From assembly GCA_965153285.1 (NCBI GenBank), contig OZ229111.1: 64,000 nt of DNA; one strand, 5' to 3'. The stretch comes from Podarcis tiliguerta (lineage: Eukaryota). A program made the position numbers and the translations under genes. Numbering within the stretch: the stretch's first letter is position 1; each line of letters opens with the position of its first letter. Below the pieces are notes generated by a model. The model made no database searches. It saw only the letters and a program-made list of their open reading frames with translations, and had not been told where the DNA came from. Below, piece after piece: positions 1 to 13,810 of this stretch.

Positions 1-1984
1 CAGTTGCAGAGTGGTGGGGTTTTTTTAGTGTTGGTTTTTTTTAATGAGAGCTCTAGAGATAATATTCGTTTGCTCACAGCATTGTTAAATTATCATAGCT
101 AATTATTGGAGCTCTTTATAAGTGGACTTTTTCCATTCATCTGTTAGGCTGAAAGGTTGGAAGGGCCAACCTAAAATTCATTTGTGATTGTAAAAAACTC
201 ACCCTTGATCAAAAGCGTAACAAGGGGTTAGAAGAGGAAAAAGACCCACCCTCCATGTATTAAAAGGGTGAGAAAAATCAGTGTGGACAAAAATAGCTGA
301 CTATTTAAGGGTGGGTTTGTTAGCAATTATAATCGTATCATTGGGAAATTATTTTTATTCTGGATGAATTATCTGAGCTGAGTGTATGATGCTGAGAATG
401 CTTACTGAAAAGCAGGAGGCTACAGGGGGTCCGAATGTGATATCTGGCCTCACTGTTTGCTGCCAGCACTGGGGGCCCTGAACCATGAGATTCTCACACA
501 ACTGTGAACTGTGGAGAAGGGGGGGAGACATCATACAGTTGCTGGAAGGTGTACCCCATTGAGTAGGGCAGACTGGGAAAAAACTGTAGGGTTGCCAAAT
601 AGACAACAAAATATATTCAGAGCTTTTGCCTCTCACACACAGTGCCTAGATTATGATAATACAATATACTGCATGGGACACCACCAGACATCTTTTCTTT
701 TGTGGCTTCGATGGCATCATGGTGGTTATATGTGATCCCATTTTCAATAAGTTTTGCACCTGCTTTATTTCCAGTTGGTGGATGTCTTGTAACTTCCTGC
801 AGAAATCCTGCAACTTTTTGTACCACATGCATTCTGGGGCATTTTTTATTTGTCCTCCTTTTGTTGCAAGAGGGGCCTCCCAGACAGCAGTAATGCAGTA
901 ACATGGGGGAAGCCTCACAGAACAAGAAATAAAGGTGAATGATGTGTGGAAGGTCCAGGAAAAACCCAACACTAACACACTATTGTTGCATCAATGACAT
1001 GTTGCAGCACGCACCTGGAAAAAAACAAACCACCAATCTGGAAGGACTCTGTATTCTGTGGCTATCTAGTTACGGCTTTCTCCTGGAGTGCAAACTTTCA
1101 TTTCAGAACTATAAATTTCAGGCCCCTCCAATTCTTGAGCACAGGGGCAGTTCTATTGTTGGGAACCTGGCCATGTCTTGTTGCTTGTCTTAAAACAATA
1201 CCTGCTTTTTAAGGCTTACATATTTGTCCCGAGAAACTGACTGCTCTTTCTTTCCTGGCATTTTTCTCAGAACTGCAGAAGGCACTGTGAGACTTGAGCA
1301 GGTTCAGAAGTGAGAGCAGAAGTCTGAACATTAGGAGGGTACCTGCCAGTCCCCATAGCCAAGTCCTACAGGCTCTAAGATGGGGCAGTTGCCACAACCT
1401 GGTTTCATTCTTAATGCTGCTCATCACTTGAGGAAGTTTGGTGTTTACTCTTGTCTGCTAGTTGAAGTATTTCTCCAAGTTGCCTGCCATTAGTGGATAC
1501 TTCTGGACCAATTTGACACTGGGTAGTCATTTTTATGACTTCCCATGTAGAAGCTGAGGTAGTACATTCAAGTGAGTGGGCTGTACATCCTTAATAGCTG
1601 AACATTTGAATTGGCCCTTGGGGGATCCTGGTTAATGACAAGTTAGGGACAGACCAGCGACTCCGTGGAAGGATTGCATTGGGCTCGACAGAGCAGTGAA
1701 CTGTAGCCTGTTGATCTGATAAGAAACTGGTGTTGACCACTTTTATAATACAAAAGCAGCTTTTGACCCACTGGAAGAATTGAGATAGAAAAAATAGCTA
1801 TTCTTGCCCTCTTCACCTTTAATTTTCTACCTCCTTCCATCCATGTAATAGAATAGGTCCCTTTTTTGTCGAGGGAGAGGTAACTGCAGCGGCAGAGATG
1901 AAGTTTGTTTTCAGGCTGGTAGGATGGTTTTAAGTCTGTTTGGATTTCTTGCCATTTGTGAGCTGCCTTTAAGTCAGGTGTGAT

Positions 1985-2108
1985 ACACCTTTGGCCCTTC
2001 AGATGTTGCTGAACTGCAATTCCCATCATCTGAGGCCCATGCTTGCTGGGTCTGATGGGAGTCGTAGCACAGTGACATCTGGAGGGCCAAAGGTGTTCCC
2101 CACACCTG
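1985..2108. mobile_element. Palindromic hAT-type MITE (related degraded copies near 4108-4212, 6335-6450, 11610-11720, 17897-18005, 24290-24400, 53925-54040)
   Basis: Inverted ends acacctttggccct / agggccaaaggtgt; recurring cccatcatc...gatgggagttgtag core. Confidence 0.7.
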
Positions 2109-2327
2109 CTGTAAGTGCTCTCAGGGCCTGGTGTGATAGGCTGTGGAGCTTGCTGGCCTGATCTCGGGGCCTTCAAGAGGATTGTGATCTTGTGTAAATA
2201 TGTCAAGACCTTTGTCTCCATTCACTGGGGCTTGGTCTCAGTAGTAGCCTTTCTCTTGACTGCAAAGATCATCTGGCACTCCCAGATACACTTATTGTAC
2301 TAGGTACAACAGGGCTTTGATTCCTTG

Positions 2328-2336
2328 TCAAGGTCA
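2328..2336 (+). promoter_or_regulatory. ERR response element TCAAGGTCA in intron 1
   Basis: Exact match to the ERRE consensus TNAAGGTCA. Confidence 0.35.
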
Positions 2337-3165
2337 TGCTTAATGCTCAAGGAGGACACAGGATACTAATAGCTTTCTTGTGCCTTCTTAACCTGAGCTT
2401 GAACTTTTCTGTCACCTTGCTAGTCTTTGAGTTAGTACTAAGGTTCTTCATACTTCCATGGTGCCATGGTTTGAACCATGCTTACTGTTTGTTAAGTGAC
2501 TACCTGCACACTTAAGTACTTGGGAGCTTGCATTGCATTCACACTCACCCAATACCTGCCGTTTTCTGCAACTCCCTGCCATGCATCTACAGGAGACATG
2601 TTTCTTGCTTTACGTGTTTACCTCATCAAATGCTGGGCAAATAACTGAACTACAGTGCAAAGTCTGATTCTATAATTGCATCTGTCAAAAGCTGCTGGGG
2701 TTAGAAATGGGAGCCTTTGGGTTTGTTTGCAGGTGTCCATGGAGTAAGCTGCTGAATTGCAAGTTGCAATCTCTGCATAAGCAGTTTACTACCTTCTGGC
2801 TCTGAACAGACCCTGCCCACACAGACAAGCTGTGAAATCCCCTTGGGTAGGAAGGACTATAAGAGGGCTTCCTCCTGCAGCTAAGCTTGCTCAAACAACA
2901 AGGTCCTCTTGAGATCTTCTGGGCCTCTGTATCTTTTGGTTGTCCTGCCGTGTTCACCAATCCTGACTCCTGTTACGTCCTTTATTCCTGATTCGTTTTT
3001 TAGTATTACGGATAGTGAAAATTTGCATTAGCCAGTGGTTGGCAACCTTTGTAAATGTGAGTAGGCTAGATTTCATTTGATTTGGAGGGCACAGAAGACA
3101 GTTCCGCTCCTTATTTGAAAGCAATGGAATAAATCCCCCACCTCTAAATTCAACCCATATACATT

Positions 3166-3166
<1 letters not shown>

Positions 3167-3210
<44 letters not shown>
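3167..3210. repeat. (AG)22 microsatellite
   Basis: Directly visible. Confidence 0.98.
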
Positions 3211-3217
<7 letters not shown>

Positions 3218-6200
3218 AGTTGGAAGCATTGACCATCTTCTTTGAATTTGGGAATAAGCTATAATAGATATGCACCACCATGATATTTGAGCACATATTT
3301 CCCAAGCCTATGTAGACACTCCATGTGAAATCACAGCCACATACAGTTCTGTCTCCCAACTCTCTAGACTAAAGATGGAAAGCCCAAGCATCATACATGC
3401 TGTTTTTAGAATTTGTTTCCCCTCCTTGGAGTGAGAAAACTAGACAGGATATGAAATTGTTGGGCTTTCAGACACAGTTTTCCCAGCCTTTCTTTGGAAT
3501 GGGATTTCAGGGGACTGGGAAGAGATCACACGGCAGGATAAAAATAATCTGGACGTTGAGCAAAGGCCCTTGAGCTCAGTACATGCTTGGGAGCCTGACC
3601 TTGCTGCTAGCTTTACTTCCTGACTTTTCACCCTATATGTTCAAGATGTTCCTTCAAATCACAAGCATTTCACATGGTTTTGCTGAGATCTGAAAAGCAA
3701 ATACACCTGAGAAGGCCCAGAATGATCACTGGATTTCAGCTAGTGGATTGGGACTCACTTCCAGGTACCTGCAGCTTGACCTAAAATGGGTTTCAGCAAC
3801 GGCACTACCACCAGACAAGCATATGGTAAAAAAATAAAAAGGAGAAGTGGGTCCCCCAGCACATGTTTGGACTAAAGGCGAGTCTGCTTACAGGTCTTGA
3901 AAAGTTGAAGATAGCTGGCTAGATCCATAGCAACATTCCCACAGATTCTTGTCCTGACTGCACCCGCACTGGAATACCACTTTAAGAGTCATAGCTTTCC
4001 CCAAAGAATCCTGGGAACTGTCATTTGTTAAGGGTTCTTAGGGTTGTTAGGAGTCCCCTATTTTCGTCACAAAGCTACAGTTTCCAGAAGGGGTTAATAG
4101 TCCGTATTCCCAGGGGACTCCAGATGTTTTGGACTCCCATCATCCTTGTCTTGGCCATCCTACCTAGGGCTGATGGGACTTGGTTGTCTAAAACACCAGG
4201 CTGGGGAAACCTATGTTATGGGCAGGCGTATCATATAATAGGTGGTGTTAGAGATAGCATGAAATCAGCAGAACTGGACTGGTGTTTTTCCCCCGGTGCT
4301 AACTATGCTTTTTTGTTTTAGTGTATTTCCTTACTGGCTTTCTGATGAATGCTCCTGCCATTTCTCAAGTCGCATGCAATTTTTAAAAACTGCTAATTTA
4401 TTTCATAAGAAAAACAAATCACAACCATACAAATTACACAGAAGCTTGCGTGCAGTTCAGGGTAAGAATAGCAGGCATTCCAGTTTTGCAGGGAAGTGTG
4501 CATTCTCTCAACAGGCTTCTGAAAAACAGAAGTGTGTGCTATCTTTTTAAAAGGCTCCTAGATCTGAAGAGAGGAAAGACCAGAGGCCACCCCAGGTCAT
4601 AGCACAGGGGAAAGTGTTTCCCCAAGAAAGTAATGCAATGAGGAGTGTGGGCAAAAAAATCAAAGAGGTTTCTTCCTCTGCAGGTTAGCTATACCCTTAA
4701 AGCATCCCTTATAGTATCTCTGAAAGCTCATATCTGTTGTTTTGCCGTGCATCCTGAGAATAATCATTGGAATGACATTTTTAACAAATATTTGCCCAAA
4801 CGCTTGTTCCATTTGACACGGCAGATTTGCCATCCCAAGGAGTTTTGTGACCAACAAATGAGCTAGGAGTCATCCTGACAATTGAGGAAGCATCTTTGCT
4901 CCATCCCTCCCCACCCATATTCTCAGCTTCTGAGAGCCAGTTCCTTTCTCACAGCTTGGGAGTTGTGGTTGTGGAGAGGGGGGCGTGGAGAGCAGGCGTA
5001 GGTTGCTTAGTTATTTTGCTTATTTGATTCATCACCTGCTTAATCTAAAATCTCTCCGCAAGCTTCCTTGCTTTTATTTCTTTCTAGTCTGCTGCAAGTG
5101 CTCCAGTTGGAGCCCTCCCTGCAGCTTCCCCAGCGTGTTGGCTAGACCTGCAAATGGGGACAGAGCCATCCATCATTCATGCAGGTGCAAGGAAAAGAGG
5201 GAGGGAAAGAGGGGAGAGGAGGGAGGGGCTGGGAAACCAGAGGAGAAATGTCCTTGTGAAATGTGAGAGCTGCCTTCTCTGTGCCTTAGAGCAGCTAAGC
5301 CATTTTCAGACACCCGTTTCCTCCCCATGACTTCTCTTCTTCTGTGGGTGACCAGTACACTGACATGTCAGTAGGTTTCGCCTCTCAGGTGACAGGTGTG
5401 CTTATCTTTAGGCTGATCACTTCTTGCTATGTCACAATGTGCTAGTGGTGTTGGCACAGGACTTAAATCTAGCAATTTCCTCTTTGGTTATTTATTGATG
5501 TGGAAGCGTGGCCTTTATCTTACTATGTTTTCTAGAGACCCATGGGTTAGTTATGTTTATTTTTTTTCTAATTGTTTTAATAAACCATTGTTACTTTTAG
5601 TTAGCCTCTGCATTCTGTGTAGTGAGCTCAGATTGTGTTTCATAGAGGGTTCATTTGGGGAAGGGCAAGTTATAAAGTGCAAGAAACTTTTAAAAATCGG
5701 ATCGTTATTATTTTTAATCTGCCTTAGATATTACCCAGTGATTTCCCTGTCTGCCCACACAGCTGCTATTTTCAAAGAGGGGCAGCCTGGGAGAGTTCCT
5801 TACACCTGGATCCTATTTCCCACTCACATTTTTGTGCCATGCCCAACACATACTTCGTCTTATTGCTATTCATTTATCCTAGTCTTTGTTCCTGTGTGGC
5901 AGGAGATAACACCAAGTTTATTAGAAAATATTGCTAGGGCTTAGAGGCGCCTCTGGGATCTCAGCTGTGTGATCTTAAACCACCCTCTTCCTTTGCATTC
6001 GCTTGCTTGTTTTCCCTCCATAGACTCTCTGCACAATAAAGCTGCAATGGTAGGATATGGAGCTTGCTATTAGTTGCTGCCTTCTGCAGGGGCACAAGCC
6101 CAGCTGCAGGTCATATGGGTAGTTCAAAATTGCATAACAACATGTCATCACACTAATATTCCACGCATTTGTATGGGAAAGGATCTCATCCTCGCTTATG

Positions 6201-6714
6201 GTAGCACCATGCCTGAAAAGCAGCTCAATACAATGTGCTTGCTCATGTGTTCTACTAGTGGAGTTGTGTGGCAAGCATATTTTGTCAGTGCTTGTGTGTG
6301 GAACACATGAAAAGCATTGCTTGACTGAGATGAGTGTGGGGAGTCTGTGAACCTCCAGTTGTTGTTGGGCTCCAACTCAGCCCCAGCCAGCATGGCCAGT
6401 GGTCAGGGATGCTGGGAGTCCTAGTTCAACAGTGCTGGTTCTCCACCCCTAATTTGGACCGAACTCAACATTGTGAAACTTCATTGACTATAATGCTTGT
6501 AGCATCTTCTTAGATGCTGCAGTTGTCCATGTTGTTGGATGGATGACTCTCATGGCTAGAAACATGATTGCATTTAAGCCAGGAGCACGATCCAGCTTCT
6601 GTGTCATTGAACTCCAAATTTTGCACCAATAAAGAACAAATGCTGCAATCAAAATTATAACCCCCCCCCCCGTAAAATGTTTATAAAAAAATATGTACTG
6701 TGCATACACAACTA

Positions 6715-6845
6715 TGGGATTTCCCAAACTTGGGTCTCTTGCTGGTTTTGGACTACAACTCCCATCATCCCTAGCTAGCAGGACCAGTGGGATGATGGGA
6801 ATTATATTCCAAAAGCAGCTAGAGACCAAAATTTGTGAAACCCTG
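6715..6845. mobile_element. Palindromic hAT-type MITE (same family as 42640-42774)
   Basis: TTTCCCAAACTTGGGTCTC ... GAGACCAAAATTTGTGAAACCCTG with the shared ggactacaactcccatcatcc core. Confidence 0.75.
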
Positions 6846-6865
6846 CACTACAGCAATGTGCATTA

Positions 6866-7076
6866 CAGTGGTACCTCGGGTTAAGAACTTAATTCGTTCC
6901 GGAGGTCCGTTCTTAACCTGAAACTGTTCTTAACCTGAGTTACCACTTTAGCTAATGGGGCCTCCTGCCGCCGCCACACGATTTCTGTTCTCATCCTGAA
7001 GCAAAGTTCTTAACCCGAGGTATTATTTCTGGGTTAGCGGAGTCTGTAACCTGAAGCGTATGTAACCTGAGGTACC
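6866..7076. mobile_element. Tc1/mariner-pogo (Tigger-like) MITE
   Basis: TA|CAGTGGTACCTCGGGTTA left end; TAACCTGAGGTACC right end (terminal bases lost). Confidence 0.8.
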
Positions 7077-9184
7077 CATGGATTGTTTCCATAAAAGACC
7101 TGGGATTATTTCCAGGGAATAACTGGGACAAGATAATTGGAGAGGGTTATTTAGCAGCACAGGTATTCGAAACCCTGTATCTACCCCAGAACCTTTTTCA
7201 GGTTTGGCCTGTGTAAGTTTTCAGTTACCCTTGCATTTAAGCACTCACTTGGTCACCATAGGTGTCAAGGAATTGTGCACAGGCAAGTGAACAGTCTGGT
7301 CAACGATTGACAGGATCTTCCCCTATGCCTGTTGAAGAACCCAAGTGGGCTGACTGAGAAGGGAAGCCCCATCTTCTGCACCCGGGATGCAAATGCCACA
7401 AGATGCTGTGGGAAAGACAGCACTTTCCTTCCCTCCTCTGCCTTCCTAATCCTCCACATGCTTGTCTATAACACTCTTGCTTAATTCTGTTTACTCTGCA
7501 CATCACTAGCAGCAGCCATATCTAATGCCATTCCTTTTTCTGTCCAGGTAACGTATGGAAAATGTGTGACATACAGGAGCTCCCCCCACCCCCTGCTGCC
7601 TTAAACATGCCTTGGCAAGTCCTTAAAGTGCCCAGCTAATTCTTTTAGCTTTTCTTATTTCTTGTACCCCATTTATATTATTATTACATTTTATATTATT
7701 ATTACATTTATACATTGCATTTCCTCCAAGGAGCTCAAAGTGGCTTACATTGTTATCCCTTCTCTCCATTTTATCCTCACCACAACTTTGTGTGATAGGT
7801 TAGGCTGAGAGATGGTTGATTGCCCCAAAGTCATCCAGCAACCTCCTTGGGTGAATGAGGATTTTTACCTGGAAGAATCCAAGAGCACCACATACATTTG
7901 TTGGGGCTAAACCAGCGGTCTAGTCTGGCTCCCATTCACACAAATCCCACTTGCACATTGTAGTCCCAGGAAGGCTCTACCATGGGACACATTGTCTAAG
8001 TTTCCCATCATTAAGTCAAGGCTTATTCCCACACTCTGGATATAATTGCTGGCTACCTTGGTTGGTCTTCTTAGAGACAGGCATTTTTAAAAGCACAAAA
8101 CACTATGATTATGTTCCATTTTATGAAAGGCCAAACATAGTGATGGTCTGCTTCTAGAATGAATCATGATAAGCAGTTACTCAATTGTTATGCAATTATC
8201 TTAATCGCCTCTCAATTCTAATGGCTTTGTGATAAATGTATAGGCAGGTATAGGGTTGCATGCAACACAGCACTCCATGAACATTTTGTAAGCCCAGAAA
8301 CATCTGCTTGAGCAACAGAACATTCTCCTACCCTCCATGCACTTCCTGAATTTGTTCCGGAGCAGATTTGTGCAAGGTGTATGGTGAGTGCAAGTGGAGG
8401 AGGGGGGGGGAGTCCAATTGCACTGATGGGACATGGTTTTATAAACCTCATGGCCATAGGTCAGCTGTCACATCAGTTTCCTATCTGTGAAATGGGACAC
8501 ATCGTGATCTACTGCATGGGATTGTTATGAGGTCAAGTGAATAAAAGATTGTAAGCTCTTTGAAAATTAAGTGCACTATTATGTTACAATATGGGGAAGG
8601 AGACAGAAGCCTTGCCTGTAGAAAGGTGGGGGGAGAGGTCACATCACTTTTGTCCCCACTGTACTTCCTCAGTACTAGCTTCGTTATCGATCATTTCTGT
8701 GGCCAAAAGCTAAGCTCAGTGAAGGACTTAATGAGAGCTCTGAGTGCAACAACCTGTTTTTTAAATTCCTGACCCCCCACCCTTTATGGAGGGCTTCTTG
8801 GCACAGACTCTAGGTGGAACGTCCGCATTCTGCAAGGACAAACAAAGAGTGGGGAGGTCCCATGCAGGGGGCTCAGCTTGGCACCCTGAGAACCCTTGCC
8901 TTTCCTTAGCTCAGCGGGACATCGTTCCTCTTCTCTCCTTCCACCATGTCAAATATTTATGTTTGCCAGTGCAAGCTGGTCCGCCTCCCCGTTCGTAACT
9001 CCCTGGGAGTACCAGTCATCTCTTCCGAGGCCTCAGCTATAAATATCACACTGTCAAGAGGAGCAGCCTGACAAAAGACACGAGTCAGCACTACACTTAC
9101 CCATTTAAAATGACATTTTGTCAAATGCCATCGCAGGGGTTGGCATATCTCCTGGCAGCACCGGCCTTCATGCTGACTGCCAGA

Positions 9185-9199
9185 TGCCTGCCTGCCTGC

Positions 9200-9254
<55 letters not shown>

Positions 9255-9256
9255 TC
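9185..9256. repeat. (TGCC)n(CTTT)n compound microsatellite
   Basis: Directly visible. Confidence 0.97.
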
Positions 9257-10832
9257 ACTGTGTTTGTTTATACAATCCCTTCATGGGGCTTGCATCCCAT
9301 TTGCTGGTGAGATCCAGCCTCAGTGCGAAAGGAAAGCTTCCACTTTTTGTTTTTCTGATTTCATTCAACCTAGGCCAAGTAAGGATGGTTACCTGGGAAG
9401 AACTGCAGAAGAAAGGGAAACATACACCAGAGCCGTAGCTACAAGGGGGACTAGCCAGGTTTTTTGCCTCAGGTGAAGCCTACAGAGGGGCACCATTGAG
9501 GCTCCTTTCATGTGTGTGTGCATGCAAATGACCCGAGTAAAATAAAGCCAGTGTTCAGAAAGCAGGAAGTCCCTATCTTTCCCTGGAACCCCAGCAGACT
9601 CCATTGGATTTTGGGCCTGAAGGTAGTGAAAAGTAGCTATAGCCTGGAATGCAGGAGATTATCAATCCTGGAGGGCTGCTACCAAGAATGCAGGAAACAA
9701 AACAAAAAATAATGGAAGGATTTGCCCTCCCTTCGAACCCCCACCTCCCTGAACTGCATCTTAAGAGTGTGGCCTTTCTCTTGATATCAGGTAGCTTTTA
9801 TGCAAAGAGGTTTGTTCTCAGAGGTGGAAAAGCTTATCAAGGAGGAAGGCCGATGCCTATATAGATAGCACAGCGATGCTACTTCCCAGCAAGCAGCTGC
9901 ATTCCCAGCAACCAGCTCCTTTCCTCGTTAAGGCTCTTAGGACATAGGTGCAAACATACATAAAAGCCTATTAGCTCTTCAGCTTGGACTGCCTTAAAGC
10001 ACCAAAACCAGAGCAAGCCAGATTCCTTCAGTCCTCTTTGCTATGTTGTAAGTAGAGGCTCTTGAGCCCTGTGCTGCAGTGAGAGTTAATGTTTGACTGG
10101 GAACGATCATGTTAATTACTCTGCTGCGACAAATGTTACCTATTCAGCCAAAAGCATGTGATACAGCCTGCCGCGGACCATGCCACTTCAGAATGCAGGT
10201 GGGGTGATCTCTCACCTCAGTACCTCACAAAAACGTAACACACACGCAAACACACACATTCAGCATACTGCACATATAAAATTAAAAAGAACACAATTTT
10301 GGAGGAAAGGGTTTGAAGAAGGAAATCTTGTTTTCTCACACAGTACCAGATCAGGGTCAGGCCATATAACTGACTGCTAGCTTGATCAATACCCAAATAA
10401 GGACATGGTTCTGTATATTAACTTACAAAATGTGGCAATTGCCACTCATTTGGTTGGATATTTAGGGCAAATTAATAGTACAGATAGTTAAATGGAAATT
10501 CCATGTTGTAAGGAAGGATACTTGAGTACCAGTACTTGGACCCAATCAACATGGGATGCGTCTAACCATTATAACCTGTTTGTGATGTTGCAGAGGTATT
10601 TGGTTGGCTATTGTTGAAGATGATGCAGGAATAGATGGAACTTTGCTCCAATCCAGGAGAGAAAAACTCACTACTTTTTATGTTCTTCCTCTGCAGAGCT
10701 CTTACTGCTTAATGGAAGTTGGATCTCAGAACACTTTCTTTCTTTCTTTCAAATATATATATGCTGCCTTTTTGCCAAGGGACCCAAGGTGGTTTACGGT
10801 TTACAATATTAACACAAAAAGGTACAAAATAT

Positions 10833-11229
10833 TCTTAGGCTGGCTTCAGGAGCTTCTGGCAGTGGTGGGATGTTGATCAGAGGGAGAAGAGGGGGTCAGA
10901 CTGGGAGGAGCTGAGTCAGAGGCTGGAGAGGAAGGGGTCCAGGAGACAGCGAGGCAGGCTGCTGAAGAAGCCAGGGAGTCTCCTCCTCCTGCTGCTGCAA
11001 CCAGTTCTTCTCTCCCCCCCCTCCCAGAACATGCAGAGGAATGAAAAAGCAGTGGGGAGACTGGTTGCAAGCAGACACAGTCTCTGCTTGGGGGAAAACC
11101 CTGGAGAGGAGGGGACTTAGGCGTTTGTGGGAAGGCAGGGACCTTCAGTCCTCATAACTGCTTCACGGGAGCAAAACCTACTGGGAAGAGCTGCTGGTTT
11201 CTTTTGATAAAGAGTTAACTTTGCTGACA
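10833..11229 (+). mobile_element. Probable solo LTR-like repeat
   Basis: Purine-rich ~400-bp block ending in a degenerate poly(A) signal (gataaagagttaac) and TGACA; no TSD recognised. Confidence 0.4.
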
Positions 11230-13669
11230 CCTGTGGGGGTTGTTGTGGGTTTTTGTTTTGTTTTTTAAAAAAGAAGTAGTAGTAAGTAGCCCCTGGAAAG
11301 CTGGGGCTGCCCCTACTTCTTGCCAGGTCCCTTCAGGTGCTGGTAGTTATGTGGTCTCTGGCCTGGGCTTGCTTGCTTCTACCTTTCCTCAGGGCTTGTC
11401 TAGTTGCATATAATCTGGTTCAGTGCCAAGAAAATTGTAAATTAAAGGGGAACACTGAGAGAGGTATCCCTAGGGGGAACCCCAAGGTTCCAAGAAGTAG
11501 AAAAAGAATAAGCCAATGAGGACTGAGCATAGTCATTGGCACAGAATATAAAGTGCTTGTTGTGGGTGGGGCATAGAAAACAGGGAGGGGGTATAGAATG
11601 GAGCCGTGTGTGGTGCCCTCCAAGTAATGTTGGATTCCACCAGCCCCAGCCAGTATGGTCAGTATGGCTGACGGGAGTTGTAGTTCAGTAGCATTGCAAT
11701 GGCTACACATTGGCCTCTCCTGGGATGGAATATCCTAAAAGGGTAGGTGGCTGTTACCTTGGACAGGAGCTGCTCCACTCTGCCACGTTATATAATATAT
11801 TAACTTGCATTGTTGACTTATGCTTCATCTATTGACTGTGCTCTTTTGAATATGGCAGACACAATAAAAGGGTCCATTCACAATTTCAGGTGCAGTCTGT
11901 TTGTTAACTTCCTTTCCACCAGCTTCCTTCCACTTTTGTATAGCTGGGCAATAACATTAAATGAGTTCCAGTTTTTGTTTTCTCTTTTGTAATAACGTTA
12001 GCTCTAACAAGCCATTCTGGTTCAAAAGGGAACTCTTGGCTACACGTCTGGGCACCCTATAATCCCACTGGTTATCTCCACTGGATGTAAATAATGTGTC
12101 CCTCAAGTGGTTGAAATATCCCTAATTGCGCTGATGCAGTCTCCAAAGAGAATGTCCCGTCTGAGAGGTCAACAGTTCATGGTAATAAAAAATCTCTCTC
12201 TCCTCCCAGCTTGTCCATAATCCACATTGCCTGCAGTATGTAATTACGGATTTCCGTGATAAGTCCAGACGGCTCTCACAAAATCTCCTTGCATGAGGAT
12301 TTTCTTTCATTTTTAAAGGGTGGGTGGGAGGAGAGGCAGAATCAGGGAACCAAACAATTTCCCCCTATCTTTCGGAAGATTTGTGGACACTTTCATTTGC
12401 CTGTCCAGTTGCCTTCTGTCACCAATGTCTGAAGTTCTTCCCTGCATTAGAAACGCTGCTATCTTCCTCGCCGAAGCCTGTTTGTAAATTATCTCACCTT
12501 GTGCTGCTTTGCGACCCATCTACCTAAATGCTACGCGCTAATTTGGATGCTGGTGCTGAAGTTATATTTATCTCTTAATGCCATGCGTAGGGACTTACTC
12601 ATGAGTGGGAGGCTCTGAATCAAACTGAATGAGTCACTGGCAGAAGCCACAGCTTCTTTTGTGAGGAGCCTAGCTGGTCTTTTTGTTGCAGATGCTCCTT
12701 CTGGGGCCATTGCCCCCTTAGACTCCCAAGTGGAACCGTCGTGACTCCACCTTCGCAAACGGAGAGCAGGGGAAGAAGACGCTTGAATGACAAGGCTCTT
12801 GCAAAGCGTCCCGCCGGCGTTTATGCAAATGACAACATAAATCTGGCCTTCCAGGCTTAAAACGGGATTAGGTTATTGAGAAGCCGCTGCAGCCTGTCCA
12901 TCCGGCGGCATTTTTAGCTGTTGCTGCAGCAGCTGTTAGGTAGAAGCTTACCGCTTCGCAAACCAGCATGTGATGTCTTATGCTGTATTTTCTGCTGCAC
13001 TGCTAAAAAAAAGGGAGGGGGAAGGGGAAAAAGTTAGTCATCCTTTTAAGATGCTTTAATAACTAAGGGCCATTTTTTGCACAACTGCAAACTGAGCTTA
13101 CTCCTCCCCCCACCCCCATCAGCACAGTCTTCTTTTTGAGATCCACACAGGTCACTTGCTTGCACTTTGTGTTTCTGGGAATCCACCTATCCTGTGATAA
13201 GGACCATCAGGTATGCATTCAGTACCATTTAGTGTGGTTTGTCTGCGATGTTGGAAAAGCAAACCCAATTTATACCAATGGGAATCATTCTTCATACTCA
13301 AGTGTGTGTGTTTATATGAAAAATAATATTTTTTTGCAAGTGTAATTTGTACCCATTTTAATGTATTCAGCTCTGTGCTAAAAACAACAGCAACCCAGTT
13401 AGCTCTAACTCCTAAGTTCATACTGCATCAAGAAAAACTATCTGACTTGGATACATTGTGCAAACAAAATAATTTCATAATGCCTCATATTTTTATGAAG
13501 TTAATCTGCAATTGTAACTTTTCTGGACAATTTGCTCCTCTCCCCACCGAAGTTTTGCTTGTCATCAGTTGTGGCAATGTTGAAAAAGGGCAGTGAAGCT
13601 TCATCCTTAGGCAATAGAACTCCTAGCCCATTGGCTTCTCAGGACCAAAAGGAATGTTCCTTTAATAGC

Positions 13670-13810
13670 ATAGTTAGAATAACAGAATTACAGAATTGTA
13701 GAACTGGAAGGGACCACAAGGCAATGCAGATTTTCTTTTTTTTTAACCAAACGTGGGGCTTGAACCCACAACCCTGAGATTAAGAGTCTCATGCACCACT
13801 GACTGAACCA
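13670..13810 (-). mobile_element. tRNA-derived SINE with CR1-like tail (Squam2-like); similar copy near 46855-46955
   Basis: ggggcttgaacccacaaccctgagattaagagtctcatgc (tRNA-Lys-like, minus strand) joined to a tagaa...ggaagggacc tail. Confidence 0.55.

Noticed and set aside
1643-2221. 192-aa minus-strand ORF
   Set aside because: Runs through a MITE; no recognisable motif or exon structure
2961-2980. TCCTGACTCC resembling miR-378-5p (hosted in mammalian PPARGC1B intron 1)
   Set aside because: Only about 10 nt match, with no complementary 3p arm or hairpin downstream
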